From Deferribacterales bacterium (lineage in GTDB: Bacteria; Chrysiogenota; Deferribacteres; Deferribacterales; Geovibrionaceae), in contig JBFWJG010000013.1 of NCBI GenBank assembly GCA_050253335.1, positions 1-47,893 of the forward strand: DNA of 47,893 nucleotides, read 5' to 3'. Position numbers and translations under genes: made by a program. The notes beneath the pieces were generated by a model. The model had not been told where the DNA came from, did not search any database, and saw only the letters and a list, made by a program, of their open reading frames with translations. Shown here one piece after another: positions 27,764 to 38,132 of this stretch (its first letter is position 1; each line of letters begins with the position of its first letter).

Positions 27764-27825
27764 CCTTCATTAACTCCCTGTTTTGGTGTATTCTTACTTG
27801 ATATTATTTTTTCAGGGGGAAACAC

Positions 27826-29238
27826 ATGAGACGCACAAAAATTGTGGCAACACTGGGACCTTCCTCATCAGATCCGCAGACAATCTCCGACCTTATTGAC
27901 GCGGGGCTTAATGTCGCCCGCCTGAACTTCTCCCACGGGGATCACGAAAGCCACGGCAGAATGATAGACCTTATCCGCTCAATTTCCGCGGAGAAAAATA
28001 CATGCGTAACAATACTGCAGGATCTCTGCGGGCCGAAGATCCGCCTCGGCATCCTCCCTGACGAAGGGGTGGAACTCAGAAAAGGGGAAACCTGCGTTCT
28101 CGCCTCCGAGGCTTATGCCGAGGAAGGCGTTCTGCCTGTTCAGTATGACAACCTTGAGGCGGATCTTAAAAAGGGCGACCGTGTCGTCCTTGCGGACGGA
28201 ACAATGGAGCTCCATGTCGAAGCCGTAAACGGCAAAAAAGTTACCTGCCGGATTGTGCGCGGCGGCAGAGCCTTCTCCCGCAAAGGGGTCAACATGCCCA
28301 CATCAAACCTCAGCGTTGTCGCTTTCACCGAGAAAGACCGTAAAGACCTCATGTTCGGCCTTGAAAAAGGGGTGGACGTGGTTGCGCTCTCCTTTGTCCG
28401 CAGTGCGTCAGATCTGGTGAAAATCCGCTCCATCCTCTCAAAAGAGAAAAACCCGCCCATGCTCATAGCAAAGATTGAAAAACCGCAGGCTGTTAAGAAT
28501 ATAGACGAGATTCTGCCCATGGTGGACGGCGTGATGGTTGCCAGAGGCGACCTCGGCGTGGAGATGCCCCTTTTTGACGTGCCTGTGATCCAGAAGCAGA
28601 TAATCCGCAAGGCGCGCAGGGAAGGCAAGGTGACGATAACCGCAACGCAGATGCTGAAAAGCATGGTGGACAGCAACCTCCCCACAAGGGCGGAGTGTAC
28701 GGACGTGGCAAACGCTCTCTTTGACGGAACATGCGCCGTTATGCTCTCGGAGGAAACAGCCTCCGGCAAATATCCCGTTGAGGCGGTGAAGGTTATGGAC
28801 GCCCTTGCCAGAGCCACGGAACAGCATGTAATCAGCGAATACAGCATGAAGAGCGATGAACACACCGCGGATAAAAAGAATATAGCGTGGGCAGTGGGGC
28901 GTTCCGCCTGCTGGCTTGCAAAAGACTTGGAAGCGGGCGCAGTGGTGGCGTACACGGAATCGGGCTTCACAGCGGCAAGCGTGGCAAGGTTCAGACCCTC
29001 CGCACCGATACTGGCGCTCACCCCGAACAGGCGCACATTCACCAAGCTGAACATGCTCTGGGGTGTTGTTCCCGGACTGACGGAAGGATTTCATGATATA
29101 GAGGAAATGTTTTCCACGGCGGCTGAGATAGCGGTGGCGAAAAGGCTCGCGAAGAAAGGGGACAACATAGTTATAACCGCAGGAGTTCCCCTGGGCGTGA
29201 AAGGCTCAACAAATATGGTAAAGGTTTACGAAATTTAG
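27826..29238 (+). CDS. pyk: Pyruvate kinase
   Basis: RRTKIVATLGP, ARLNFSHG, IAKIEK, MVARGDLGVE, ATQML, PTRAE. Confidence 0.97.
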   Translation: MRRTKIVATLGPSSSDPQTISDLIDAGLNVARLNFSHGDHESHGRMIDLIRSISAEKNTCVTILQDLCGPKIRLGILPDEGVELRKGETCVLASEAYAEEGVLPVQYDNLEADLKKGDRVVLADGTMELHVEAVNGKKVTCRIVRGGRAFSRKGVNMPTSNLSVVAFTEKDRKDLMFGLEKGVDVVALSFVRSASDLVKIRSILSKEKNPPMLIAKIEKPQAVKNIDEILPMVDGVMVARGDLGVEMPLFDVPVIQKQIIRKARREGKVTITATQMLKSMVDSNLPTRAECTDVANALFDGTCAVMLSEETASGKYPVEAVKVMDALARATEQHVISEYSMKSDEHTADKKNIAWAVGRSACWLAKDLEAGAVVAYTESGFTAASVARFRPSAPILALTPNRRTFTKLNMLWGVVPGLTEGFHDIEEMFSTAAEIAVAKRLAKKGDNIVITAGVPLGVKGSTNMVKVYEI

Positions 29239-29483
29239 GATATTCTGCCGGAAATCCCGGGACGGACGGGGATAAGCACCTCGTCCGCTTTCGGCAGGGA
29301 GGGTGAACGGGGCATTTCATCCTCTTCCAGTATAATTTCCAGAAGATTATTGAGAACCTCCTCGGCAGTTTCCAGCGCCTCCTCGTAGGAACGGCTTTCG
29401 GCGCACAGTTCCTTAAAGTCTCTGAAACTTATGAGGTACGTGTCATTTTTCGGTTTTATCCTGCACGGATAAGCGAGCTTCAT
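29235..29483 (-). CDS. HicB-like antitoxin domain protein (orphan)
   Basis: YPC...YLISFRDF...SYEEALETAEEVL...P; GGAGAG RBS; no hicA visible. Confidence 0.75.
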   Translation of the reverse strand: MKLAYPCRIKPKNDTYLISFRDFKELCAESRSYEEALETAEEVLNNLLEIILEEDEMPRSPSLPKADEVLIPVRPGISGRIS

Positions 29484-29560
29484 ATTTTCTCTCCATATAC
29501 CGATTATACATTTAATTATTGACTTTTGTGCTTTTAAATGATTTTTTTCGAGTTATCTGA

Positions 29561-30637
29561 TTGTCAACATATAGTGTATCAGTGGGGGCTTTAGTGGGTC
29601 GAGATATTGATTATTATATAGGGAATAGAGTTGATAAACTTAACTTAATCAAATTGATTTTATTGGGTATTTTAATTTTTGGGAGTCTATGGACGATTTC
29701 ATATTATTCTAGTGTTGGAGTTGCTCCACACTTTGATCAAACTTTCTTTATTGGTTACATATTTGTTATTGCCGCTATCGGGACTGTTGCGTTCCTATCT
29801 TTTGCTTTTATATTTTCTTGCGGGTGTGCACTTTTTACGGAAATATTTAAAGATGTGGAAAAAGAAAAACGTATTCAAGCTGCTATATTACTGCAAATAG
29901 TTATTTTTGGTATTTCTGCCTTTTTTTCAACGAGCTTCAGTCATGGGATAGAGTATGCATCATTTAATCATTCTGTAACAGTACTTCTTTGTATTTTATT
30001 ATATGATAGAATTATAAAAATAGAACAAATGAAAGAATTCGTTGATTCGATTAAACGAAAAGATTTACCTAGTATTATTTCATTGTTTCTAATCTGCTTT
30101 TTTTCATACACAGTATTGATTTATTTGCTTATCGGTAAATCTGAAAATATTTTGATTGCGCTTTATTCAGCATCTTTTGTATTTTTGATTTTTGAATTAG
30201 TGTGTATCCTTGGTATTGTTCTATATAGAAAGGAAGTGTTAAATTTTATTGTGTTTGTTATTCTTTTTATTTTAGTAGCTATCGTTTCTGTTAGTTTTCT
30301 GAACAATGCAAACAATAATTTTGAACATATCTTGAAATTGCCGTTTTCAACTCTTAAAATTGGTTCTGTAGATGCTTTGGTTATAGTGGATAAGCAAATA
30401 AATCTAATGGGAGATAGGTTGTTTCTTGAAAATAAATTGTTTAATTATGAACAGGACAGAATATATAAAGTACATATAATTTCTTCAATAGGTTCGGAAT
30501 ATATTGTCCGAAGGATTGGCGGTGATGCTAAGTCACCAGTTATCCGTATCCCAAAAGATAAAGTAAAAGCTGTTATCTATAACTATTCTGATTTAAAAAG
30601 CTACAGTATTAATGCTAAACCGTATTTCCAGCAGTAA
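29561..30637 (+). CDS. AT-rich multi-pass membrane protein of unknown function (start uncertain)
   Basis: 358-aa ORF with about 7 hydrophobic segments and a soluble C-terminal tail; strongly AT-rich relative to neighbours. Confidence 0.65.
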   Translation: MSTYSVSVGALVGRDIDYYIGNRVDKLNLIKLILLGILIFGSLWTISYYSSVGVAPHFDQTFFIGYIFVIAAIGTVAFLSFAFIFSCGCALFTEIFKDVEKEKRIQAAILLQIVIFGISAFFSTSFSHGIEYASFNHSVTVLLCILLYDRIIKIEQMKEFVDSIKRKDLPSIISLFLICFFSYTVLIYLLIGKSENILIALYSASFVFLIFELVCILGIVLYRKEVLNFIVFVILFILVAIVSVSFLNNANNNFEHILKLPFSTLKIGSVDALVIVDKQINLMGDRLFLENKLFNYEQDRIYKVHIISSIGSEYIVRRIGGDAKSPVIRIPKDKVKAVIYNYSDLKSYSINAKPYFQQ

Positions 30638-30703
30638 AAACCCTTTGCTTGCTTTAACTCCGCATTTTGTTTAATATCGCCGCATAAATACATGGAGCAA
30701 TAA

Positions 30704-31924
30704 ATGGCTGACATAGCAATAGAGAGGATCTCCTTTCAGCTTGCCCCTTCTGCGGAAAGGGAAGTGAAGAAAGGACATCCGTGGGTTTTTGACAAAGGGA
30801 TCATCAAGCAGAACAAGGACGGACAGGCTGGAGCCTTTGCCGTGATATATGATAAAAACCGCGGGTTTGTGGGGCTGGGGCTTTATGACCCGGATTCACC
30901 CATCCGCATCCGCATGCTGCACAGGGGCAAGCCTGTCACCATCGATGCGAACTGGCTTAAAGATAAAATAAGCGCGTCCATATCTGCCCGCAGGAAGATT
31001 TTTGCGGATGAAAACACCACGGGCTTCCGCCTTGTGAACGGCGAGAATGACGGTCTGCCCGGAATAATAGCGGACTATTATGAAAAGACCCTGGTCATCA
31101 AATTCGATTCAGGGATCTGGATTCCTTATCTGGAACTGCTCACCTCAATTTTTGATGAGCTTCTGAAGCCCGAGTGCATAATCCTCCGTCTCAGCAGAAG
31201 CATAGACACCAAAAAACTCCCCGAAAAGGTGCGTGACGGAGCCGTGCTGAAAGGCGCTGCGCCCAAAGGTGCTGTGATTTTCAGGGAAAACGGCATTCTC
31301 TTTGAAGCCGAGCCTATACACGGACAGAAGACAGGCTTTTTCCTCGATCAGCGTGACAACCGCTCAAAGGTTGAAAGGTATGCCAAAAACCGTGATGTTC
31401 TCAATGTTTTTTCATATACTGGCGGCTTTTCGCTCTATGCGGCCAGAGGCGGGGCATCCTCCGTCATAAGCCTTGATGTGAGCGAGCCTGCGCTGAAAGC
31501 GGCGGTAAGAAACTTCGAACTGAATAAAGATGATATACTGATCTCCGAATGCAGGCACAGCACAATCTGCATGGACGCCTTCGAGGCATTGGCGGAGCTT
31601 GCCAGACAGAAGAAAAGGTTCGGCATGGTCATTGTTGATCCGCCTTCGTTTGCCCGCAAGCAGTCGGATGTGGAGAGCGCTGTATCAGCCTACCAGAAGC
31701 TCACCCGCCTTGCGCTGGGTGTTCTGGAAAGCGGCGGCATACTGGTTTCCGCCTCATGCTCCGCCAGAGTTCCGTCCGAGATGTTTTTTGATGCTGTTAC
31801 AAGGGCTGCGGCAAAAACCGGACGCCCATTGCAGATAATGCAGAAAACAGGGCACGCCGCGGATCACCCCGTGGGCTTTCCTGAGGGTGAGTATCTGAAA
31901 TGTCTGTTCGCTTTTACGAAGTAG
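30704..31924 (+). CDS. RlmI/RlmK-like SAM-dependent rRNA methyltransferase
   Basis: GHPWVF, FRLVNGENDGLPG, GQKTGFFLDQRDNR, VLNVFSYTGGF, VDPPSF, DHP...YLK. Confidence 0.9.
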   Translation: MADIAIERISFQLAPSAEREVKKGHPWVFDKGIIKQNKDGQAGAFAVIYDKNRGFVGLGLYDPDSPIRIRMLHRGKPVTIDANWLKDKISASISARRKIFADENTTGFRLVNGENDGLPGIIADYYEKTLVIKFDSGIWIPYLELLTSIFDELLKPECIILRLSRSIDTKKLPEKVRDGAVLKGAAPKGAVIFRENGILFEAEPIHGQKTGFFLDQRDNRSKVERYAKNRDVLNVFSYTGGFSLYAARGGASSVISLDVSEPALKAAVRNFELNKDDILISECRHSTICMDAFEALAELARQKKRFGMVIVDPPSFARKQSDVESAVSAYQKLTRLALGVLESGGILVSASCSARVPSEMFFDAVTRAAAKTGRPLQIMQKTGHAADHPVGFPEGEYLKCLFAFTK

Positions 31925-31933
31925 CCTCCGAGG

Positions 31934-32587
31934 TTACTTCGCAAAAGCCTTTATAATATCCTCTTCCTTTCCGGCTACAATGAGTTCATCCCCCTCATGC
32001 AGAACCATGTTGGGGTTGGTGATTATGCTTGTTTTGCTGCCGTTTTTCTTCACCATTACCGCGTTTATCTGATACTCCTTCCTTAAATCAAGCTCCAGAA
32101 GGCTTTTCCCTTCCATACGGGCGGGTATGGCGACGTTGATCAGGCTCACTTCGCCGTCAACTGTGAGTATCTCCATCATGTCCGGTCTGCTTATTCTGTC
32201 GGCGAGGCGTTTTGCCACCTCTCTTTCGGGGAGAATGACTTCGTCTGCGCCGATTTTAAGGAGAAGCTCCTCGTGAACTTTCCTGTTGGCTTTTGCGATA
32301 ACGTGCTTACAGCCTGTTTTCTTCAGATCCGCCAGTGTGAGAAGAGCCTGCTCAAAACTGCTCCCAATGCCTATTATGACTATGTCAAACTTCTCTATTC
32401 CAAGCTCGGTGAGCGTTCCGTGATCCGTAACATCGGCTATCACAGCTTCGGTTACGTTATCCTTAATCTGCTCCACCACGGTTTTGTCCCTGTCAACGGC
32501 GAGAACGTTATGCCCCTTTCTGCTCAGTTCCGTTGCGATGCGGAAGCCGAATATCCCGAGCCCGAGAACTGCTATGTCTTTTTTCAT
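31934..32587 (-). CDS. ktrA: KtrA/TrkA potassium uptake regulatory subunit
   Basis: GLGIFG Rossmann motif, IGADEVILPE, C-terminal RCK_C. Confidence 0.88.
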   Translation of the reverse strand: MKKDIAVLGLGIFGFRIATELSRKGHNVLAVDRDKTVVEQIKDNVTEAVIADVTDHGTLTELGIEKFDIVIIGIGSSFEQALLTLADLKKTGCKHVIAKANRKVHEELLLKIGADEVILPEREVAKRLADRISRPDMMEILTVDGEVSLINVAIPARMEGKSLLELDLRKEYQINAVMVKKNGSKTSIITNPNMVLHEGDELIVAGKEEDIIKAFAK

Positions 32588-32591
32588 TTCA

Positions 32592-33878
32592 TCACCCCAG
32601 AATGAGTTTTTCTTCAGGATAAGCGAGTTTTGATTCTTTCTTTTTCCCTGTCATGGCAATGAGTATGGCGCTTGGCCCGACTCTGCCGATGAACATGCAC
32701 GCGGTTAATATAAGCTTCTCCGCTGTGCCCGCTTCGGATGTGAGGCCGAGGGAAATGCCGACCGTACCTGTGGCGCTGACAACCTCAAACAGAACACTGA
32801 GAAACTGAGTTTCCCTGAAAAGCAGTATCAGAGCGGAGGCAAAACAGACCACAACGGAGTAAAGGAATATTATCGTAAAAGCTTTCAATATGTTGGAGGG
32901 GGGGATTGTTCGTCCGAAAACCCGCACTCCTGTTTCCCCTTCGACAGCCCTGCGGACTGAGACAGCGGCGAGGAACGCCGTGGTGGTTTTGACACCGCCC
33001 CCTGTGGAGCCGGGAGAAGCGCCGATAAACATCAGGATTATCATGAGCATGATGCTGACGCTGTGCATTCCTGCGAGATCCACTGTGTTGAAGCCCGCTG
33101 TCCTCGTGGTGACTGACTGGAAAAGTGAGTCGATGACGCTCATCTGACCGTATTCGGTGAGGTAAAGAAGCACAGCACCGCCGAAACTGAGGAACGCCGA
33201 CATGCCGAGAACTATCTTTGTGTGTATGCGGAGTCTGGATTTTTCTTTTACTTTGCGCATAAGGTCAAATATCACGTAAAACCCCAGACCGCCTGCGGTG
33301 ATCAGAAGCATTACAACGGTTTTAACCAGCCCGCCTGCGTTTGTGAGGCTTGCGTCAAATGTGCTGAATCCCGCGTTGCAGAAGGCTGAAACAGAGTGAA
33401 ACACCGCCAGATACAGGGCGTCGTAAGCATTGTGGCCGTCCATAATGAACCCCGGCCAGAGAAGCAGGGTTCCAAAAATTTCGCATATGAACGTGTATGA
33501 AACTATGTAAAAAAGAACGTTTTCGATTTCCCTCAGGCTGTAGCTTTCCGCCAGCCTTGATGCCATAAGCCTCGTGCCGAAGTCCAGATCTCCGGTGATG
33601 AAAAGGAGCAGGGATGAACTGAGCGTCATTATCCCCAACGCGCCTAGCTGGATGAGAACAAGGAGAACTGCCTGACCGGCAAATGTGAAATCCGAGACGC
33701 TCATAACGGAAAGTCCGGTGACGCAGACGGCGGAGGTGGACATAAACAGTGCGTCCACAGGAGAAAGTCCGCCTTCCGCGGTTACAAAAGGTGTCATGAA
33801 GAGCAGCGCACCGACAGCGATAAGCAGGGAAAAGGTCAGGATAAGATAGCCCTGAGGCGAGGGACGGCGTTTCTTCAT
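32592..33878 (-). CDS. ktrB: KtrB/TrkH potassium uptake membrane subunit
   Basis: SAVCVTGL, SAFCNAGF, RTAGF, GSTGGGVK, SATGTVG. Confidence 0.9.
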   Translation of the reverse strand: MKKRRPSPQGYLILTFSLLIAVGALLFMTPFVTAEGGLSPVDALFMSTSAVCVTGLSVMSVSDFTFAGQAVLLVLIQLGALGIMTLSSSLLLFITGDLDFGTRLMASRLAESYSLREIENVLFYIVSYTFICEIFGTLLLWPGFIMDGHNAYDALYLAVFHSVSAFCNAGFSTFDASLTNAGGLVKTVVMLLITAGGLGFYVIFDLMRKVKEKSRLRIHTKIVLGMSAFLSFGGAVLLYLTEYGQMSVIDSLFQSVTTRTAGFNTVDLAGMHSVSIMLMIILMFIGASPGSTGGGVKTTTAFLAAVSVRRAVEGETGVRVFGRTIPPSNILKAFTIIFLYSVVVCFASALILLFRETQFLSVLFEVVSATGTVGISLGLTSEAGTAEKLILTACMFIGRVGPSAILIAMTGKKKESKLAYPEEKLILG

Positions 33879-34111
33879 AAAAGTTTATAGCATTTTCCGC
33901 ATATTTTTTACACTCAATTTTTCTTTATATTTCCAGTCTTTTATAACTGACGGCATGTAAATATTCTTTTTAAAACAAAATACAGCTATTTACATTTTAA
34001 AATATTTTCAGTAGAAGATAGAGCCTTCAATTTCGGCTGATTGCGTTAGACATGTCCGTCAGGACAGATATGAAATCATGAAACATGAAATAAATTCAGG
34101 AAAAATCCCGC

Positions 34112-35947
34112 ATGGCAAAAGCTTTTAACCAGAAACTCAGGAACATTGCGATCATAGCGCACGTTGACCACGGCAAAACAACCCTTGTGGACGCCCTTTT
34201 CAGACAAGCAGGCGTTTTCAGGGAAAATCAGGCGATGGACGACCGCCTCATGGACAGCATGGATCTTGAACGCGAACGCGGAATCACCATCGCGGCAAAA
34301 AACTGCTCCGTCAGCTATAACGGAGTGAAGATCAACATACTCGACACCCCCGGCCACGCCGATTTCGGCGGCGAAGTGGAGAGAGCGCTTTCCATGGTGG
34401 ACGGCGTTATTCTTCTTGTGGATGCCTCGGAAGGCCCCCTGCCTCAGACCCGCTTTGTTCTCGGCAAGGCGTTTGAAGCCGGACACAAAGTCATAGTGGT
34501 AATAAACAAAATAGACCGTCAGGACGCAAGACCCGATGAGGTGCTTAACGAGGTCTATGACCTTTTCATCGATCTCGGCGCGGATGACGAACAGATAGAA
34601 TTTCCCCTCTACTACGCCATAGGCAGGGAAGGCATATGCCAGACCAAGCTTGAGGAAAGAGGAACAGACATGCGCCCGCTCTTCGAGGCGATCATAAATC
34701 ACATCAACCCCCCTACTTACGATGACGCGGAACCTTTCCAGATGCTGGTGAGCGACCTGAGCTACTCTGACTATCTCGGCAGACTCGCCGTCGGCAAGGT
34801 TATCAACGGTTCATCACACACAAACGAAACCCTTGTGTGCATAAACGAGAAAAACGAGCAGATCCCCCTCCGTGTCAGCAAGGTGCAGACATACGAAGGA
34901 ACAGGAATGAGAGATGTTGAAAAGGCGGAGCCCGGCGACATCATCATCCTCTCCGGTATAGAAAACATAATGATCGGCGACACAATATGCACCAAGGAAG
35001 CTCCCAAGGCGCTGAAAAGGATCAAGATAGACGAACCCACTGTTTCAATGAAATTCTCCATCAACACCAGCCCCCTCGTGGGCAAAGAGGGCAAGTTTGT
35101 TCAGTCCTCCAGAATCCGCGAGCGTCTTCTGAAGGAAGCGATGAAAAACGTTGCCATAAGGGTTGAGGAAACCGACTCCCCCGACAGCTTCATAGTTAAG
35201 GGCAGGGGCGAGTTCCAGATGGCAATCATAGTTGAAACCATGCGCCGCGAAGGTTTTGAGCTCTGCATAGGCAGACCCGAGGTTATCACCAAAACAATCG
35301 ACGGCGAATTCTGCGAACCTATCGAACAGCTTTTTATAGACTGCGACGAGGCGTTTATCGGTGTTGTAACCGAGAAGCTCTCCCTTAGAAAAGGGAGGCT
35401 GACAAACCTTGTGAACAACGGAACAGGCAGGGCGAGACTCGAATTCTCCATCCCCAGCCGCGGCCTTATCGGCTACCGTGACGAGTTCCTTTCAGATACG
35501 AAAGGAACAGGCATCATGAACTCCCTGTTTGACGGCTATGAGCCCCACAGAGGCGAGATAATCTCCCGCTTCACAGGCTCCATAGTCTCTGACCGCGCAG
35601 GAAAGGCAGTGGCTTACGGGCTGTTTCACCTTGAGCCCAGAGGCGTTCTTTTTGTGCGCCCCGGAGAACCTGTTTACGAGGGGATGATCATAGGCGAATA
35701 CAACAAGGACAATGACCTCAACGCCAACCCCTGCAAAGAGAAAAAGCTCACCAACATGCGCGCGTCCGGAAAGGATGACGCTGTTACCCTCACCCCCGTT
35801 ATGCCCATGACGCTGGAAAAGGCGATCCATTTCATTGCGGAGGACGAGCTTGTGGAGGTTACGCCTCTCTCTATCCGCCTGAGAAAAAGGATTCTCTCAC
35901 AGCAGGAAAGACACACCGACAGATCAAGGAAGCTTGCTTCAAAATAG
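34112..35947 (+). CDS. typA: Translational GTPase TypA/BipA
   Basis: [46 protein letters not shown]. Confidence 0.97.
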   Translation: MAKAFNQKLRNIAIIAHVDHGKTTLVDALFRQAGVFRENQAMDDRLMDSMDLERERGITIAAKNCSVSYNGVKINILDTPGHADFGGEVERALSMVDGVILLVDASEGPLPQTRFVLGKAFEAGHKVIVVINKIDRQDARPDEVLNEVYDLFIDLGADDEQIEFPLYYAIGREGICQTKLEERGTDMRPLFEAIINHINPPTYDDAEPFQMLVSDLSYSDYLGRLAVGKVINGSSHTNETLVCINEKNEQIPLRVSKVQTYEGTGMRDVEKAEPGDIIILSGIENIMIGDTICTKEAPKALKRIKIDEPTVSMKFSINTSPLVGKEGKFVQSSRIRERLLKEAMKNVAIRVEETDSPDSFIVKGRGEFQMAIIVETMRREGFELCIGRPEVITKTIDGEFCEPIEQLFIDCDEAFIGVVTEKLSLRKGRLTNLVNNGTGRARLEFSIPSRGLIGYRDEFLSDTKGTGIMNSLFDGYEPHRGEIISRFTGSIVSDRAGKAVAYGLFHLEPRGVLFVRPGEPVYEGMIIGEYNKDNDLNANPCKEKKLTNMRASGKDDAVTLTPVMPMTLEKAIHFIAEDELVEVTPLSIRLRKRILSQQERHTDRSRKLASK

Positions 35948-35963
35948 ACATTCAGGCTGATTT

Positions 35964-35998
35964 GCCCGCCGTCTTCAGGGCGGCGGGCGTTCACTTTC
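35964..35998 (+). terminator. Terminator after typA
   Basis: GCCCGCCGTC/GGCGGCGGGC stem followed by T-rich sequence. Confidence 0.6.
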
Positions 35999-36101
35999 AT
36001 TTTCCATAAAGCGTCCGGCACAGTGATTGAGATTGCGAAGCCGGTTTTCACAGGCTATTCTTTTATATCAGCCATGTTTCATCATTATTGGGGATATAGA
36101 T

Positions 36102-37907
36102 ATGAAAGCTTTTTTGCGTTTCGGCATTCTTGCAGTTCTTTTTTTTGCGGCGTTCACCGCACTTTACATTTCCTATGCGGAAGTGCGCAAGAAAAGCCTT
36201 GAGAAGCTCAACGAACGGCAGATGCTCCTTGCAAAACAGGCAGTAACGGGAATAGAAGAATTCTTCAACAGCTATACAAACATGTTCATGCAGTATTCGC
36301 TTGCCCCTGAAATGGTCAATTTTGACAATGAGGGGAAACGGCTTATCCGCACTCTCTACACTTTCAACAAAAGGCAGTTCAGGGCTGTTACCCGTTATGA
36401 CGAAAACGGCATTATTATATACACATTTCCGGAAAGGCCGGAATTTGTCGGAACCAGCATAGCCAACCAGCCCCATGTCAAAAAAATCCTTCAGGAAAAA
36501 GAACCCATGCTCAGCGATGTATTTACAGCCGTTCAGGGCTTCAGGACGGTCACGCTGAATGTGCCTGTTTATGACGGACCTGTTTTCAAGGGGGTTCTTG
36601 CCGCTTTGGTTGACTTTGAATATGTGGCTTCAAAATACATCGGAAGCATAAGCATAGGGGAATCCGGGTATGCGTGGATGATAGACAAGGAAGCCAACCT
36701 GCTCTTCAGCCCTGCTCACGGGAAAAATCTCACCAACATAAAATTCGAGGCCTCGAAATATCCTGACTCCCGCAGTCTCGGGGAAAGAATGCTCAGGGGC
36801 GAATCAGGCTTCAGCGAATACACCTACGACACTTTCATGGATGATGATGTCGTTCCTGTAAAGAAATATGCGGCTTTCATGCCTGTGCATGTTCTGGGCA
36901 ACTTCTGGTCGATTGCGGTCGCCATCCCTGAGAGCGAGGCATATGACGACCTTTCGGGGTTTTACAAGAAGATGCTTTTTATCATGGCGGTTATGTTCGC
37001 CGCATTTGCTTTTTACATCAGCGTTGTTTTCAGAATGATGAAGCTCTCCCTCATGAACACCGAACTCGCCCAGAGGGTGGCCGAAGAGGTGGAGAAAAGG
37101 AAGGAACAGGAAAAAATGCTCCTCCAGCAGGCCAAGTTCACATCCATGGGTGAAATGATAAGCGCCATAGCCCACCAGTGGCGTCAGCCACTCACCGCAA
37201 TCGGCTTCGGCATTCAGGAAATGGGCGAGATGGCCAAGGAGAAGCACCATACCGATGAATATATTGACGGCTATGTGAGATTTCTCATGGACATTGTTAT
37301 GCATATGTCCGAAACCATTGATGATTTCAGGAACTTTTTCCGTCCGGACAAGGATATGGTAGTGCTTGACATCAGACGTGTTATTATGGCTGTGCACAAT
37401 ATAATAAGCTCCCAGTTCGGCGCGGCGGGGATAAAGATAAGCATCCTCTGCGAAGGCCCCGGACGGCGCTATGAGATTCACACCGAGAAGGACATAACTG
37501 ATGACGACTCCGTATTCTACACAATTGAAGGATTCGAGGGGGAGATCAAACAGGTTTTCCTGAACATTTTCCAGAACGCCCGTGATGCGATCATGCTGCG
37601 CATGGGTTCAGGCGAAGCGGTTCAGGGGAATGTTTCAGTTACCGTCACACCCTACGGCAAATATATAGATGTGGATCTCAGCGACAACGGCGGCGGCATC
37701 AAGGCCGAATACCTCGACAGGGTTTTCGAACCCTACTTCACTACCAAAGGGGAATCTGTCGGTCTCGGAATCGGGCTTTTCATGTCAAAAACGATTGTGG
37801 AAGAGCACATGGGCGGCTTCCTTATGGTGCGCAATATTAAAGACGGTGCAAAGTTTACTGTACGCTTAAACAGGAAATACACCGATACGGCAGAGGAAAG
37901 AGCATAG
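36102..37907 (+). CDS. Sensor histidine kinase with periplasmic dCache-like domain
   Basis: Two TM segments; AIAHQWRQPL H-box, NIFQNARDA, DNGGGI, FEPYFTTK, GLGIGL. Start re-set to ATG 36102. Confidence 0.9.
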   Translation: MKAFLRFGILAVLFFAAFTALYISYAEVRKKSLEKLNERQMLLAKQAVTGIEEFFNSYTNMFMQYSLAPEMVNFDNEGKRLIRTLYTFNKRQFRAVTRYDENGIIIYTFPERPEFVGTSIANQPHVKKILQEKEPMLSDVFTAVQGFRTVTLNVPVYDGPVFKGVLAALVDFEYVASKYIGSISIGESGYAWMIDKEANLLFSPAHGKNLTNIKFEASKYPDSRSLGERMLRGESGFSEYTYDTFMDDDVVPVKKYAAFMPVHVLGNFWSIAVAIPESEAYDDLSGFYKKMLFIMAVMFAAFAFYISVVFRMMKLSLMNTELAQRVAEEVEKRKEQEKMLLQQAKFTSMGEMISAIAHQWRQPLTAIGFGIQEMGEMAKEKHHTDEYIDGYVRFLMDIVMHMSETIDDFRNFFRPDKDMVVLDIRRVIMAVHNIISSQFGAAGIKISILCEGPGRRYEIHTEKDITDDDSVFYTIEGFEGEIKQVFLNIFQNARDAIMLRMGSGEAVQGNVSVTVTPYGKYIDVDLSDNGGGIKAEYLDRVFEPYFTTKGESVGLGIGLFMSKTIVEEHMGGFLMVRNIKDGAKFTVRLNRKYTDTAEERA

Positions 37908-38132
37908 TTTTTTTGAAAAATATGCGTATTTGTTTTAATTCAGGTAAATATTACGTTGCAAAATTTCTGATAATGTTTATTGTGAAAGCAACAGGACGGT
38001 AGTATAAGAATTTCCCCCAGACGATTTCCTTATCCTAAAGTAAGCATCCCCCGCAGTGATTTGTATTCAGCAGAACAAGTGTGAGCCGGTCGGCTGCTTC
38101 GAGCGTGCCTGAAAAAATATAGTGAGATAATA

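Noticed and set aside
33879..34111. Possible c-di-AMP (ydaO) riboswitch upstream of ktrBA
   Set aside because: AT-rich region without the conserved ydaO motifs.
36102..37907. Orphan sensor kinase as a novel system
   Set aside because: Ordinary Cache-HisKA-HATPase architecture; orphan kinases are common and nothing links it to its neighbours.
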